Source: Ignavibacteriaceae bacterium (lineage in GTDB: Bacteria > Bacteroidota > Ignavibacteria > Ignavibacteriales > Ignavibacteriaceae). Taken from it: 47,094 bases of DNA. Below the pieces are notes generated by a model that was given only the letters and a program-made list of their open reading frames with translations, had not been told where the DNA came from and did not search any database. Position 1 is the first letter of the stretch. Each line of letters starts with the position of its first letter. The DNA lies in the NCBI GenBank assembly GCA_037388105.1, contig JARRKK010000057.1, forward strand, positions 1-47,094, written 5' to 3'. Below, piece after piece: positions 1 through 9,739 of this stretch. The translations under genes were made by a program, and so were the position numbers.

Positions 1-215
1 AAAAAAACACAGCTACTTAAAACTAGATAATGTTATGCCGGCAATGCTAGAGGTAATCGAAGAAATTAAGAGATTAATTATAGGTAATGAACATTCCAAA
101 TTATGTTAGTTGATTACCGGAGCCTTTTTCTCCAGACACCTGTTAAAATAATAATTTAGATTGAAGGCACCACGGAATTGCATACATCAGATTCTGCATA
201 TAAAAGAAAAACATA

Positions 216-2060
216 ATGGACAAACAAACAACGATTGCATTTGTATTAATTGGGATAATATTAGTGTTCTGGTTATACTATTCTGCGCCGGATCCTAAGG
301 TTCGAGAAACCAGACCAATAGATACCACGACAGTTAATATTGATACCTTTCATCTTCCACCAACTGAAAAACCAATCACCTTTGAACCAGAGATAAAAGA
401 TGAAAATATTTCTGATACCCAAGAGAGAGCACCGGAAATTACAACCATTGAGAATGATGTATTTATTGTTGAACTCTCCAGCAAGGGTGGAAATATTCAC
501 AAGGTTTATCTTAAGCAATATAAAAACTGGTATTCCATTAACGACGATAATAGAGATGACTACTATAAAACCAGCGTACAATTGATAAACTTTTCTAAAG
601 GGAATACATATGATTTATCTTTTGTTTCGAGCGATGGGAAAGCAATTAATACAACAGATTATTTTTTCGAGTCGGACACATCTCCAGACAAGCACACTCT
701 TTCCGGGGAAGATTCACTGGTTATTCAATATAAATTCAATGTTAGTGAAGGGAAGGAGATTTTAAAAAAATATATTTTTTACGGTGACCGTTATGTTATA
801 CAAAGCGATATTGAGCTGATTGGATTGAATAATCTCATCAGTAATAACGCATATGATCTTGTGTGGAATGGCGGGTTAAGAACTGTAGCATATAACTCTG
901 TTGATGAGGCCAACTACTCCAATTCGAGCGTATATTATGGCGATGAGCAAGTTATTTTCAATGCCCCCTCTATTGGTGAAACGGAACATAAAGATTTTAA
1001 TGGGAGGGTGAACTGGATTGCTGTTAGAAATAAATATTTTGCTGCGATAATAATACCTGATGATCCATCAACGGTTGAAGGGGCTTATATTGAAGGATAC
1101 GAGAAAGCGAAGCCGAACAACGGCCTTGCTAAATTTTTTAATGCCCGATTAATTCTACCCTTCAAAAATACTAATTACGAGAAAAGAACATTTAAATTAT
1201 ACATTGGCCCGGTAGATTATAAAACTCTTAGGTCTTTGGGAAACAATCTTGAAGCGCTTGTTGATTTCGGTAGTTTTTTTGGGCTTAAGTTTATCGTTAG
1301 ACCAATCGCCGAATATGTGTTATTACCGCTTTTTAACTTTATTCATTCCTTTATTCCCAACTATGGATTCGTAATTGTTGTTTTTTCAATAATTATAAAA
1401 ATAGTTGTTTACCCGCTTACAAAGAAAAGTTATCAGTCAATGAAAAAGATGCAGCTACTACAACCAAAAATTGCTGAGCTTAAAGAGAAGTATAAGGACG
1501 ATCAACAGAAATTAAGCAAGGAGACCATGGGCTTATACCGGACATATGGCGTAAATCCCGCCGGGGGGTGCTGGCCCATGTTATTGCAGATGCCAATTTT
1601 TGTTTCTTTATGGGGATTGTTTCAAACGGCAATAGAATTAAGACAGCAGCCGTTTATTTGGTGGATAACAGATTTGTCACGACCAGACGTAATATATGAC
1701 CTTGGTTTCAAATTACCAATGTTTGGAATTCAGGAAATTAGCGGGCTTGCAGTGTTAATGGGAATTACAACATTCGTTCAACAGAAGATGACAATGAAGG
1801 ATCCGAAACAACAAGCGATGATTTATATTATGCCAGTTTTTTTAACAATTTTATTTATGACCTTCCCTTCAGGCCTAAATCTTTATTACTTCCTATTTAA
1901 TCTTCTCTCAATTGCTCAGCAACAATATATAAACCATACTCACAAAGGAGAGGAGTTGGTTCCTGTTCCTGCCTCTAAAAAGAAACAGGGTGGTTTTATG
2001 TCAAAACTTATGGAGGCCGCAGAACAAAAATCAAAATCCCAACACACAAGAAAACGCTAA
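216..2060 (+). CDS. yidC: Membrane protein insertase YidC (long, Bacteroidota/FCB-type with large periplasmic domain)
   Basis: 614-aa ORF. It has an N-terminal TM helix (IAFVLIGIILVFWLY) and a ~330-aa periplasmic domain. The C-terminal 60-kDa insertase core carries the conserved stretch YPLTKKSYQSMKKMQLLQPKIAELKEKYKDDQQK...GVNPAGGCWPMLLQMPIF, followed by a basic tail. Confidence 0.95.
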   Translation: MDKQTTIAFVLIGIILVFWLYYSAPDPKVRETRPIDTTTVNIDTFHLPPTEKPITFEPEIKDENISDTQERAPEITTIENDVFIVELSSKGGNIHKVYLKQYKNWYSINDDNRDDYYKTSVQLINFSKGNTYDLSFVSSDGKAINTTDYFFESDTSPDKHTLSGEDSLVIQYKFNVSEGKEILKKYIFYGDRYVIQSDIELIGLNNLISNNAYDLVWNGGLRTVAYNSVDEANYSNSSVYYGDEQVIFNAPSIGETEHKDFNGRVNWIAVRNKYFAAIIIPDDPSTVEGAYIEGYEKAKPNNGLAKFFNARLILPFKNTNYEKRTFKLYIGPVDYKTLRSLGNNLEALVDFGSFFGLKFIVRPIAEYVLLPLFNFIHSFIPNYGFVIVVFSIIIKIVVYPLTKKSYQSMKKMQLLQPKIAELKEKYKDDQQKLSKETMGLYRTYGVNPAGGCWPMLLQMPIFVSLWGLFQTAIELRQQPFIWWITDLSRPDVIYDLGFKLPMFGIQEISGLAVLMGITTFVQQKMTMKDPKQQAMIYIMPVFLTILFMTFPSGLNLYYFLFNLLSIAQQQYINHTHKGEELVPVPASKKKQGGFMSKLMEAAEQKSKSQHTRKR

Positions 2061-2091
2061 GATAAAATTTGGGTATTTTGAAGGTGTTTAA

Positions 2092-2253
2092 ATGAAAACA
2101 TTTAACATTGTAAATGCTCATTTTAAAAGCGAATCCCAGATGAAATTCTTGCAACAAATAGCATTTCTATTATTTATTTTAATAATTTCTTCAACTCCAG
2201 CCCAGGAGAAAAAAATAATATCCCTTGATTTAAGAACCAAAAAGTATGGGTAG
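2092..2253 (+). other. Orphaned signal-peptide / N-terminal remnant of the downstream patatin-like gene, in a different frame
   Basis: My own translation from the ATG at 2092 gives MKTFNIVNAHFKSESQMKFLQQIAFLLFILIISSTPAQEKKIISLDLRTKKYG*. This is a typical Sec signal peptide with a short mature stub. It ends at TAG 2251-2253 and overlaps the ATG (2246) of the patatin ORF, which is in another frame. Confidence 0.55.
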
Positions 2254-4711
2254 CATTATTGGTGGTCTTTATGCCTCAGGTTATAGTGTTGAAGAATTGG
2301 ATTCAATTGTTGTTAATGCCAAATGGGATGAGCTACTTTCTCTTAACAGTACGATGAGCAGACGTGAATTGTTTGTAGATCAGAAAATTACTGAAGACAG
2401 AGCACTGTTTGCATTAAGAATCGATGGATTAAAACTTATAATTCCAACTTCTTTTAATGATGGACAAAGGTTGACAAATTATCTTTATTTATTAGCACTA
2501 AGCTCACCGGTGCATCCGGGGGATAGTTTTGATAATTTATGGCAAAAGTATAGAGCGGTATGTACTGACCTTATCTCGGGAGAGGCGATTGTAATCGACA
2601 AGGGAGAATTGGGCAGGGCTATGCGGGCAAGTTCGAGCATCTCTTTTTTACTTGAACCGGTGGAGTGGGACGATTGGTTGCTTGTTGATGGCGGACTCTT
2701 GTCAAACATTCCGGTTGATATAACTAAACAGAATGGCGCAGATTTAGTAATCGCAGTAAACACCACTAGCCCGCTACGTCCAGAAAGCGAAATTGATCTT
2801 CCCTGGAACATCGCTGATCAGGTTGTAAGTATACCGCTCAAGAAGTTGAATGAACTACAATTGGCTGATGCAGATTTTGTTATTGAACCACAAGTAAATA
2901 ACTCCACAACCGAATTTATTAATCTTGACTCTCTGATGGCAATAGGATATAACAACACTTTACCAATTGTTGAGTCAATAAAAGTTTCAATAGATTCAAT
3001 AACAGAACTTAGAAAAAGAGCTGATGAGTTTTTTGTAAAAAACATTGTGTTTAGTAACTCTGATGCAACAGAATTGAATTCTATTCTAAATGATTATAAA
3101 AATCGGGACTCGGTTTCCAGCACCCGGTTAAAAAACGACTTAATAAAATTATACAAATCAGGGAAATTTAAACAGATTAAGATTGAGTTGACTCAATTTA
3201 AGGACTCAACCCGGCTGGAATTTATTTTTGAATTAAACCCATTAATAAAGTCAATAGTACCTATTGGTATCACACAGCTAGATAGTATAGAAGTAAGTTC
3301 TGCACTTTCCTCTTTGCAAAATACGACATATGACAATAGGTCAATTGCCGAATCGGGTTCTCAGTTATTAAAAATTTACAGGCAGAAAGGATTCTTGCTG
3401 GCAAATCTCACAAAACTGGATTTTGATGAAATTACGGGACAACTTTTGATTTATATTGATGAAGGTATAATCTCTAACATTAAGGTTGAAGGAAATTATA
3501 CAAGAGAAACTTTAATCACCAGAGAAATTCCAATTAAAGTGGGTGACTACTTTGTTTACGATAAAATTAAAATGGGGCTGGATAACCTAAGAAGCACACG
3601 ACTTTTTAAGGATGTGGTCCTATATGTTACTGAAGAAAACGGGCAAAACAACCTTATAATTTATGTCGAGGAAAGATTATCAGGTGTTCTACGCTTCGGC
3701 TTTCTGGTGAACGAAACTTATAATGCACAGGTTAGCTTTGATATTAGAGATGAAAACCTGTTCGGCACAGGAACAGAGTTAGGTCTATTACTTTATGGAG
3801 GCGCGAGCAATAGGGCATATATAGCTGAATTAAAAAATCAACGGATATTAAAAACTTATTTGACTTATAATCTCAGTGCTTATTATAAGTTTAGCGATAT
3901 TAATGTTTATCGAAGTACACTTTCAACTACTGATAAAACATTTTCCCAGGAGAAGGTAGGTGAATACAGACAAATATTTTACGGCGCTTCTCTTTCACTT
4001 GGAACACAGATCGAGAAGTTTGGTAACCTTATTTTCACTGGAAAATATCAATTTGATGAAGTTAAAAACATCGAAGGAAATTTTCCCGAACCATATAAAA
4101 CCAAAATAGTCAGCCTTGGAATAAATACTACCGTCGATAACATGGATAGATATCCATATCCGTTGAAAGGTCTGTCACTATTTGGCTTTTACGAAACTGC
4201 TCAAAGTTTCTTGGGTGGGGATGAAAGTTATATTAGTCTTGGATTGGACTCAAAATATTTCATCCAGCTTGGAAAGCGTAGCACGCTTGTACCAAGATTA
4301 AAAATTGGATTTGGCGATAATACAATGCCGATAAGTGAACAATTTTTGTTAGGCGGAATGGATTCATTTTTTGGAATGAGAGAGAATGAATTCCGTGGAA
4401 GGCAAATTTTTCTTGCATCTCTTATGTATCGAATAAAATTACCATTCAAAATATTCTTTGACACCTATCTTAAGGCCCGATATGATCTTGGATCTACCTG
4501 GGAATTTCAATCACAAATACACTTTAAAGATTTACGTCATGGAATTGGAGGTGTTGTTTCGTTCGATACACCCATAGGACCTGCCGACTTTGCAATTGGT
4601 AGAAGTTTTTTATTAAGAAAGGATTTGCCCGAAAATCCTTTAGTTTGGGGAGATGTACTTTTTTACTTTTCCATTGGTTACAGAGTAAATATCAGCCCCG
4701 CTTATTTTTAG
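2246..4711 (+). CDS. Patatin-like phospholipase domain fused to a POTRA/Omp85 (BamA-like) beta-barrel; N-terminally truncated as encoded here
   Basis: The 821-aa ORF opens with MGSIIGGLYASGYSVEELD, which is the tail of the patatin GxSxG nucleophile elbow. The in-frame upstream codons read K-S-M-G-S after a stop. The catalytic Asp motif VDGGLLSNIPVD is present. The C-terminal ~450 aa have Omp85/surface-antigen character and end in an aromatic residue (..SPAYF). The glycine-rich oxyanion motif (GGGxRG) expected ~40 aa upstream of GxSxG is absent. Confidence 0.85.
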   Translation: MGSIIGGLYASGYSVEELDSIVVNAKWDELLSLNSTMSRRELFVDQKITEDRALFALRIDGLKLIIPTSFNDGQRLTNYLYLLALSSPVHPGDSFDNLWQKYRAVCTDLISGEAIVIDKGELGRAMRASSSISFLLEPVEWDDWLLVDGGLLSNIPVDITKQNGADLVIAVNTTSPLRPESEIDLPWNIADQVVSIPLKKLNELQLADADFVIEPQVNNSTTEFINLDSLMAIGYNNTLPIVESIKVSIDSITELRKRADEFFVKNIVFSNSDATELNSILNDYKNRDSVSSTRLKNDLIKLYKSGKFKQIKIELTQFKDSTRLEFIFELNPLIKSIVPIGITQLDSIEVSSALSSLQNTTYDNRSIAESGSQLLKIYRQKGFLLANLTKLDFDEITGQLLIYIDEGIISNIKVEGNYTRETLITREIPIKVGDYFVYDKIKMGLDNLRSTRLFKDVVLYVTEENGQNNLIIYVEERLSGVLRFGFLVNETYNAQVSFDIRDENLFGTGTELGLLLYGGASNRAYIAELKNQRILKTYLTYNLSAYYKFSDINVYRSTLSTTDKTFSQEKVGEYRQIFYGASLSLGTQIEKFGNLIFTGKYQFDEVKNIEGNFPEPYKTKIVSLGINTTVDNMDRYPYPLKGLSLFGFYETAQSFLGGDESYISLGLDSKYFIQLGKRSTLVPRLKIGFGDNTMPISEQFLLGGMDSFFGMRENEFRGRQIFLASLMYRIKLPFKIFFDTYLKARYDLGSTWEFQSQIHFKDLRHGIGGVVSFDTPIGPADFAIGRSFLLRKDLPENPLVWGDVLFYFSIGYRVNISPAYF

Positions 4712-6060
4712 CAAGTTCATATAATTCAAGATACTGTTCTGCCGAGTGTTTCCATGAATAATCTTTGCTCATACCATTCTGCTGTATTTTTTTCTTGTAT
4801 ATAATGCTATACCTGAATGATCATTGAAAGTAAAACCGGTTCCGGAGTTTAATCCAAAATAATTTAATTCGTCCCAGTCATGAACAGTGTCGGCCAGGCC
4901 ACCGGTTTTTTTGACTATAGGCACCGTTCCATATTTAAGGCTGTATATTTGATTTAATCCGCAAGGTTCATAACGTGATGGCATGAGAAACATATCTGCT
5001 CCCGCCTCTATTAAGTGGGAGAGCTCATTGTTATAACCAATATAAGCTCCGACCTTTTCAGGCATTTTATATGTTAGTTGGCGGAACAATTCTTCATACT
5101 TTTCTTCACCACTACCGAGTATTAGCCATTGTGCATCTAAATCCATTAGCTCATTAATTGCATCAGCAAAAATATCAAATCCTTTTTGTTCAACCATTCT
5201 GGAAACAATTCCAATCAAAGGAATATTCTTTTTAAACGGCATATTGAAGTGTTCGAGTAATACGGCCTTATTCTTTATTTTGCCGCTTAAATCCTTGGGC
5301 GAATAATTATGAGGGATATACCTATCAGTTTCCGGATTCCAAACATCGTAATCGACACCATTAAGTATACCGTAAAGGTCTTTTTTTCGCTCGTTCAGGA
5401 TTCCATCCATCCCGGCACCATGGTCCGGCTTTAATATCTCATGCGAATATTTGTTGCTAACGGTATTAAGTAGATCGGAATAGTATATTCCTGTTTTCAT
5501 AAAAGAAACAGTATCATTATGCTCAACAGGCCCACCAGGATAAAAAAGGTCTCCTCTTATTTCAGCACTAAATAATGCCTATGATCGAAAAATTTATCCC
5601 AACTATAATTATCTTTTACGAACAAAGGAATCAAACCTGTCTGCCAGTCATTACAATGAATCACATCCGGCACCCATTTGAGTCTTTGAAGAGTCTCTAT
5701 TACACCCTTAGAGAAAAGAATAAATCTTTCCTCTTCGTCCCAGTCATTTGTGTATATCCGGCGTCGATGAAAATAGTGCGGGCAATCAATAAAGTTTACT
5801 TCCACATTCGAACCGGGCAGGATGCTCTGGTGTAAATGTGCCGGACGAATTATACCATTAATTCTTATTGGTATTTCACCAATATCCCAATTATGGTGTA
5901 GATCATGTTCTAGCTCATCAATTAAAAAGTATTTTGGAAGAAATAGCTTTACCTCACATCCAAGTTTCTCCAACTCTTTAGGCAACGAGCCAGCAACGTC
6001 AGCAAGACCACCGGTTTTAGCATATGGTACTGCTTCTGCTGCTACAAATGCAATTTTCAT
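4692..6060 (-). pseudogene. glgA: Glycogen synthase (GT5, ADP-glucose type), interrupted at two places
   Basis: The N-terminal piece is 5557..6060 (MKIAFVAAEAVPYAKTGGLADVAGSLPKEL...). The central piece is 4769..5500 (..FMKTGIYYSDLLNTVSNKYSHEI.., EPCGLNQIYSLKYGTVPIV). By my translation the true C-terminus is in a third frame: ..KKIQQNGMSKDYSWKHSAEQYLELYELAKNKRG*, with the stop at 4692-4694. The total span of 1369 nt is not a multiple of 3. Confidence 0.85.
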
Positions 6061-6156
6061 CCGAAATTTTCCTTAGTAAATATAATTTTGAGGTAAAAAT
6101 ATTAAATTATGCTTAATTATAGTTATGATTTATGAATTTTTCTCTTATTAAGAAAT

Positions 6157-6942
6157 ATGAATAGGAACATTAATAACCTTTCTGTTTTTACAACCGGCGG
6201 TAAAGAAAACCCATCTATAGTATTCATACATGGCTTTCCATTCGATCATTTTATGTGGGATGAACAGGTTAAAAAATTTAATAAAAACTATTACTGTATA
6301 ACATATGATGTAAGGGGGCTAGGAAGTTCGCTAGTTGGAGATGGACAGTTTACATTGGAATCTTTTGTTGATGATCTTGAAAACCTAATTGATAACCTAA
6401 CCCTGGATAAACCTATTCTATGTGGGTTGTCAATGGGCGGATATATATCATTACGTGCTGTTGAAAGGATGGAGAAAAAACTCGGTGGTTTAATACTATG
6501 TGATACAAAATCATTAGCAGACAATGACGAAGGTAAGATCAGTAGAGCCAGAGGGATAAGACAAATTAATGATGAAGGGACAAAAAAATACATTGAACAA
6601 TTTGTTGCAAATTGTTTTTCAGAAAGGTTCAAACAGACAAGAAAAAAGAAATATGAATCAATAGTAAACAGAGCTAAGAAGTATAATGCTTTAGGAATAA
6701 AAGGGTGTCTGCTTGCAATGGCAGGGAGAACAGATACAACAAATTATCTTCAAAACATATCCATTCCGACTTTAGTTATTTGCGGAGAGGAAGATAAATT
6801 AACACCACCGGATGTTATGAAGTCAATGTCGGATAAAATTAAAAACTCTAAATTTGTTTCCATTGATGGGGCTGGGCACATTTCACCAGTTGAAGCACCA
6901 AAAAGAGTTAACGAAGAGATTGAAATTTTTTTAAATCAATAA
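6157..6942 (+). CDS. Alpha/beta-fold hydrolase (3-oxoadipate enol-lactonase-like family)
   Basis: 261-aa ORF with the nucleophile elbow GLSMGG, the HGFPFD oxyanion region, and acid/His residues late in the sequence (GEEDKLTP, GAGHISPVE). Confidence 0.88.
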   Translation: MNRNINNLSVFTTGGKENPSIVFIHGFPFDHFMWDEQVKKFNKNYYCITYDVRGLGSSLVGDGQFTLESFVDDLENLIDNLTLDKPILCGLSMGGYISLRAVERMEKKLGGLILCDTKSLADNDEGKISRARGIRQINDEGTKKYIEQFVANCFSERFKQTRKKKYESIVNRAKKYNALGIKGCLLAMAGRTDTTNYLQNISIPTLVICGEEDKLTPPDVMKSMSDKIKNSKFVSIDGAGHISPVEAPKRVNEEIEIFLNQ

Positions 6943-6998
6943 CTGAGTGATCTCACAAAATATTTGTTTGCGTATTAATAATTGATACAAGCGTTATT

Positions 6999-7679
6999 TT
7001 ATATATCCATAACGGATAAATATTCATCCAAATATTCTCGCAACCATTTCAATTTATATTGCATTATATATCTTGGATGATCAAGCACTCTAATTGTCCC
7101 AAATAAATTATACTCAGTATTGATATCAATAAAAAGCTTTGCATTCTTTTTCCCAAGTGAGATCGCAATATCTTTCCTTGCCCCAAAAGTTAATTGTTCT
7201 TTAACCGAATGAATAATATGTGGTTTTAGAGTCTTGTAAAGAGCCACATCATCGTAATAATTGTAGTTTTTACCATTCCTCAATATTGCCAATGGATACA
7301 GAGCGGTTAAATAAACCTTCGAAAAAAACTTATTAGCCCCGCCAAACTCATTTAGAAGCTGGTAGATAAATTTACTGGACAGTTCTCTTTTATTTCCGAG
7401 ATTATTTTTTATTCCGCATTCTTCTCTAAGTGCAACAGGATCCGTAAAGGATATTCCGGTTAACCCCGCACCAAATCTCCCGGGATTTATTCCAAAAACA
7501 AACAATCTTTCTTTTGAATCATTAAAATATTTGTTAAAAAATTGTTTTGTTGCAGATTGAACCTCAGGTTTTAGATATGGATTGATTGATTTGATATTCT
7601 TCTGCAATTTTGAATGTGATTTTAAACTAAGGAAATATTTTATTGCTTTTTCAGCAAATGTATTCATAATAATGTTCAT
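6999..7679 (-). CDS. Uracil-DNA glycosylase superfamily protein, SMUG-like (DUF4918-type)
   Basis: 226-aa ORF. Motif 1-like FGINPGRFGAGLTGISFTDP and motif 2-like LDHPRY resemble family-3/SMUG-type UDG motifs (GMNPGP / HPSPR). The family assignment comes from remembered motifs, not a search. An alternative start is the Met 4 codons downstream. Confidence 0.65.
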   Translation of the reverse strand: MNIIMNTFAEKAIKYFLSLKSHSKLQKNIKSINPYLKPEVQSATKQFFNKYFNDSKERLFVFGINPGRFGAGLTGISFTDPVALREECGIKNNLGNKRELSSKFIYQLLNEFGGANKFFSKVYLTALYPLAILRNGKNYNYYDDVALYKTLKPHIIHSVKEQLTFGARKDIAISLGKKNAKLFIDINTEYNLFGTIRVLDHPRYIMQYKLKWLREYLDEYLSVMDI

Positions 7680-7715
7680 TATTCATATTCACTAGCATTG
7701 CTAGATTAGAACATA

Positions 7716-8180
7716 TCAGTAGAAGTTCACTTCATGGCCTATGTACTTTCCGTTTTTGTATATAAATTTTGCACTGAAGAATTTATCTTCGAACAGCCAT
7801 GGAATAAATAATTTATCACCTTCCCAGAGATTAATAGCTGTCAGTTTATCATTAGGGATCCATTCAAGGTTCCCTTCTGACGAGTCGATTATTTCTCCTT
7901 CGAATTCATCTGATATAAATAAAAATACGTACCAATCTTCATTGCCATCAAACAATGGAAAAGTTATAAATCCTTTTAGTGTCATGCTTTTTAGGATTAA
8001 TCCACTTTCCTCTCTTATTTCCCTCCTGGCACAATCCTCCGGGCTTTCACCAAATTCGAACTTACCACCCAATCCGTTCCATTTTCCTTGATGGTAATCG
8101 TTAATTTTCTTTACTCTATGTATCATTAAGGTAGCGTCTTGCTTTTTATCGATTACATAACAAAGAGTTGCAAGTTTCAT
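7716..8180 (-). CDS. Nudix hydrolase, MutT/8-oxo-dGTP diphosphatase-like
   Basis: 154-aa ORF with a canonical Nudix box GGKFEFGESPEDCARREIREESGL (GX5EX7REUXEEXGU). Confidence 0.9.
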   Translation of the reverse strand: MKLATLCYVIDKKQDATLMIHRVKKINDYHQGKWNGLGGKFEFGESPEDCARREIREESGLILKSMTLKGFITFPLFDGNEDWYVFLFISDEFEGEIIDSSEGNLEWIPNDKLTAINLWEGDKLFIPWLFEDKFFSAKFIYKNGKYIGHEVNFY

Positions 8181-8306
8181 AGAATTCTCTTAATATTTTA
8201 GTTGTGAGTTGACAAATTGATAAATCAAATTTATGTTTTCTGTGATTAAATTAAGTTAAATTAATAACTATATAAATACACATAAATTAATTGGGACAAA
8301 TATTTA

Positions 8307-8615
8307 ATGTTAATCTTTGACAAGAAACGGGTTTCGGGGAATGAAATTATACCGATGAGTTTTAATCAAAACTTATATAAAATCATTCTCCTTGTTATTG
8401 AGATTACAGGGTACAATATATTCGTAGTTAATTTAAAAGACGAAGATGAAGATGATTTTGATGACGACGATGATTTCTATAAAGAAGATGAGAATGACAA
8501 GGGAAATCCTTTTGAAAGAGAGCCCGATGATGATGAAATTGATGATGAAGATTTTCCTCACCCTATTCCCGAAGACGATTTGCTGGATGATGATGAGGAT
8601 ATTCCTTACAACTGA
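8307..8615 (+). CDS. Small hypothetical protein with a short hydrophobic N-terminal segment and an extremely acidic ~60-aa tail
   Basis: The ORF is 102 aa, or 86 aa if it starts at the internal ATG 8355. Sequence: ..LYKIILLVIEITGYNIFVVNLKDEDEDDFDDDDDFYKEDENDKGNPFEREPDDDEIDDEDFPHPIPEDDLLDDDEDIPYN. I recognise no family. Its coding status rests only on the open frame and on filling the gap between the Nudix gene and hldD. Confidence 0.4.
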   Translation: MLIFDKKRVSGNEIIPMSFNQNLYKIILLVIEITGYNIFVVNLKDEDEDDFDDDDDFYKEDENDKGNPFEREPDDDEIDDEDFPHPIPEDDLLDDDEDIPYN

Positions 8616-9587
8616 TTATATTCCCAAATATTTTTTATCCAACAAATAGTTTTTTACATAATCTTTTATCCCATCTTCAAGCGATGTTAGGGATTTTTTA
8701 TAACCTGCCTTTTCGATCTTTATAAGCTTAGCCTCAGTAAAATACTGATATTTATCTGCGAGGTGTTCCGGCAAATCTATATATTCTATGTTTGTGGGGA
8801 TATCCATTGCTGAAAACAATGCAGTGACAAGGTCTTTCCAGGTTCTTGCTTTCCCAGACCCAACATTATATAAGCCACCCCTCCCTTTATGTTTTAAAAA
8901 ATGTAAAGTCATATCGACAGCATCTTTTATGTAAATAAAATCACGCATCTGCTCACCATCTTTATATTTGGGATTTTTTGATTTGAATAATTTCACTTTT
9001 CCAGTGTCTCTTACCTGTTCAAATGCCTTCTGAACAACACTTCGCATGTCTTCCTTGTGATATTCATTTGGTCCATAAACATTAAAATATTTTATTCCTA
9101 CTATCTTTTTAAATGCAGCGACACCCAATGCCCAATTATCAAACAAACTTTTTGAATAACCATACATGTTTAACGGACGCAGGCTTGCACAATCCATTTC
9201 GTTATCATCAAAACCAAGACTACCGTCACCGTAAGTTGCTGCAGAAGAAGCATAAATAAACCGAATATTGTTTCTGAGACAATACTCAGCAAGTGTTTTT
9301 GTGTACTTATAATTATTTGTCAATAAGAGGTCTGCATTTTTTTCGGTCGTAGATGAAATTGCACCCATATGTATAAATGCTTCAGCAGTATTAAAATTAT
9401 CACCATCAAGGACCTCAATGAATTTGTCTTTGTTAATAAAATCATCGAACCTAAGCCCCAGTAAATTTTTCCACTTTTCATTTCTTCCAAGTTCATCAAC
9501 TATGATAATTTTGTTTTCACCAAGTTGATTTAATTTCCATACAATTGCACTCCCGATAAAACCTGCCCCCCCGGTTACAATTATCAT
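8616..9587 (-). CDS. hldD: ADP-L-glycero-D-manno-heptose 6-epimerase
   Basis: The 323-aa ORF aligns by eye along its length with E. coli HldD/RfaD: MIIVTGGAGFIGS Rossmann motif, ASSAATYG, catalytic YGYSK, FNVYGPNE. Confidence 0.9.
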   Translation of the reverse strand: MIIVTGGAGFIGSAIVWKLNQLGENKIIIVDELGRNEKWKNLLGLRFDDFINKDKFIEVLDGDNFNTAEAFIHMGAISSTTEKNADLLLTNNYKYTKTLAEYCLRNNIRFIYASSAATYGDGSLGFDDNEMDCASLRPLNMYGYSKSLFDNWALGVAAFKKIVGIKYFNVYGPNEYHKEDMRSVVQKAFEQVRDTGKVKLFKSKNPKYKDGEQMRDFIYIKDAVDMTLHFLKHKGRGGLYNVGSGKARTWKDLVTALFSAMDIPTNIEYIDLPEHLADKYQYFTEAKLIKIEKAGYKKSLTSLEDGIKDYVKNYLLDKKYLGI

Positions 9588-9739
9588 ATACTCGCCTGTG
9601 GAATTTTTAATTTGGTTTATAATTGAAGCAATTTAATTATATTTAAAATCCTTTACAAAATAAGGAGTTCAAACACCTTTTCATGGTGTAGAAATAATAG
9701 GTTCATATTGAAATCGATAATAATAACTTAGAAACTTTT

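Noticed and set aside
2-109. Open frame entering from the left edge (..KKHSYLKLDNVMPAMLEVIEEIKRLIIGNEHSKLC*). It could be the 3' end of an upstream gene.
   Set aside because: Only 35 codons are visible and I can name no recognisable motif. The weak GGAG..CTCC hairpin after it is not convincing. This is too little evidence to call a CDS.
8446-8649. Met-rich 67-aa ORF (MKMILMTTMISIKKMRMT...).
   Set aside because: It is an alternative frame of the GAT/GAA-rich acidic-tail coding stretch (GATGAT read as ATG A..), and it runs into the hldD 3' end. It is a frame artefact.
9588-9739. Possible cobalamin or SAM riboswitch in the 152-nt leader of metH.
   Set aside because: I could not find a B12-box-like element or the conserved SAM-I helices. 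Only a 5-bp ACACC/GGTGT hairpin is present. A covariance-model scan would be needed to be sure.
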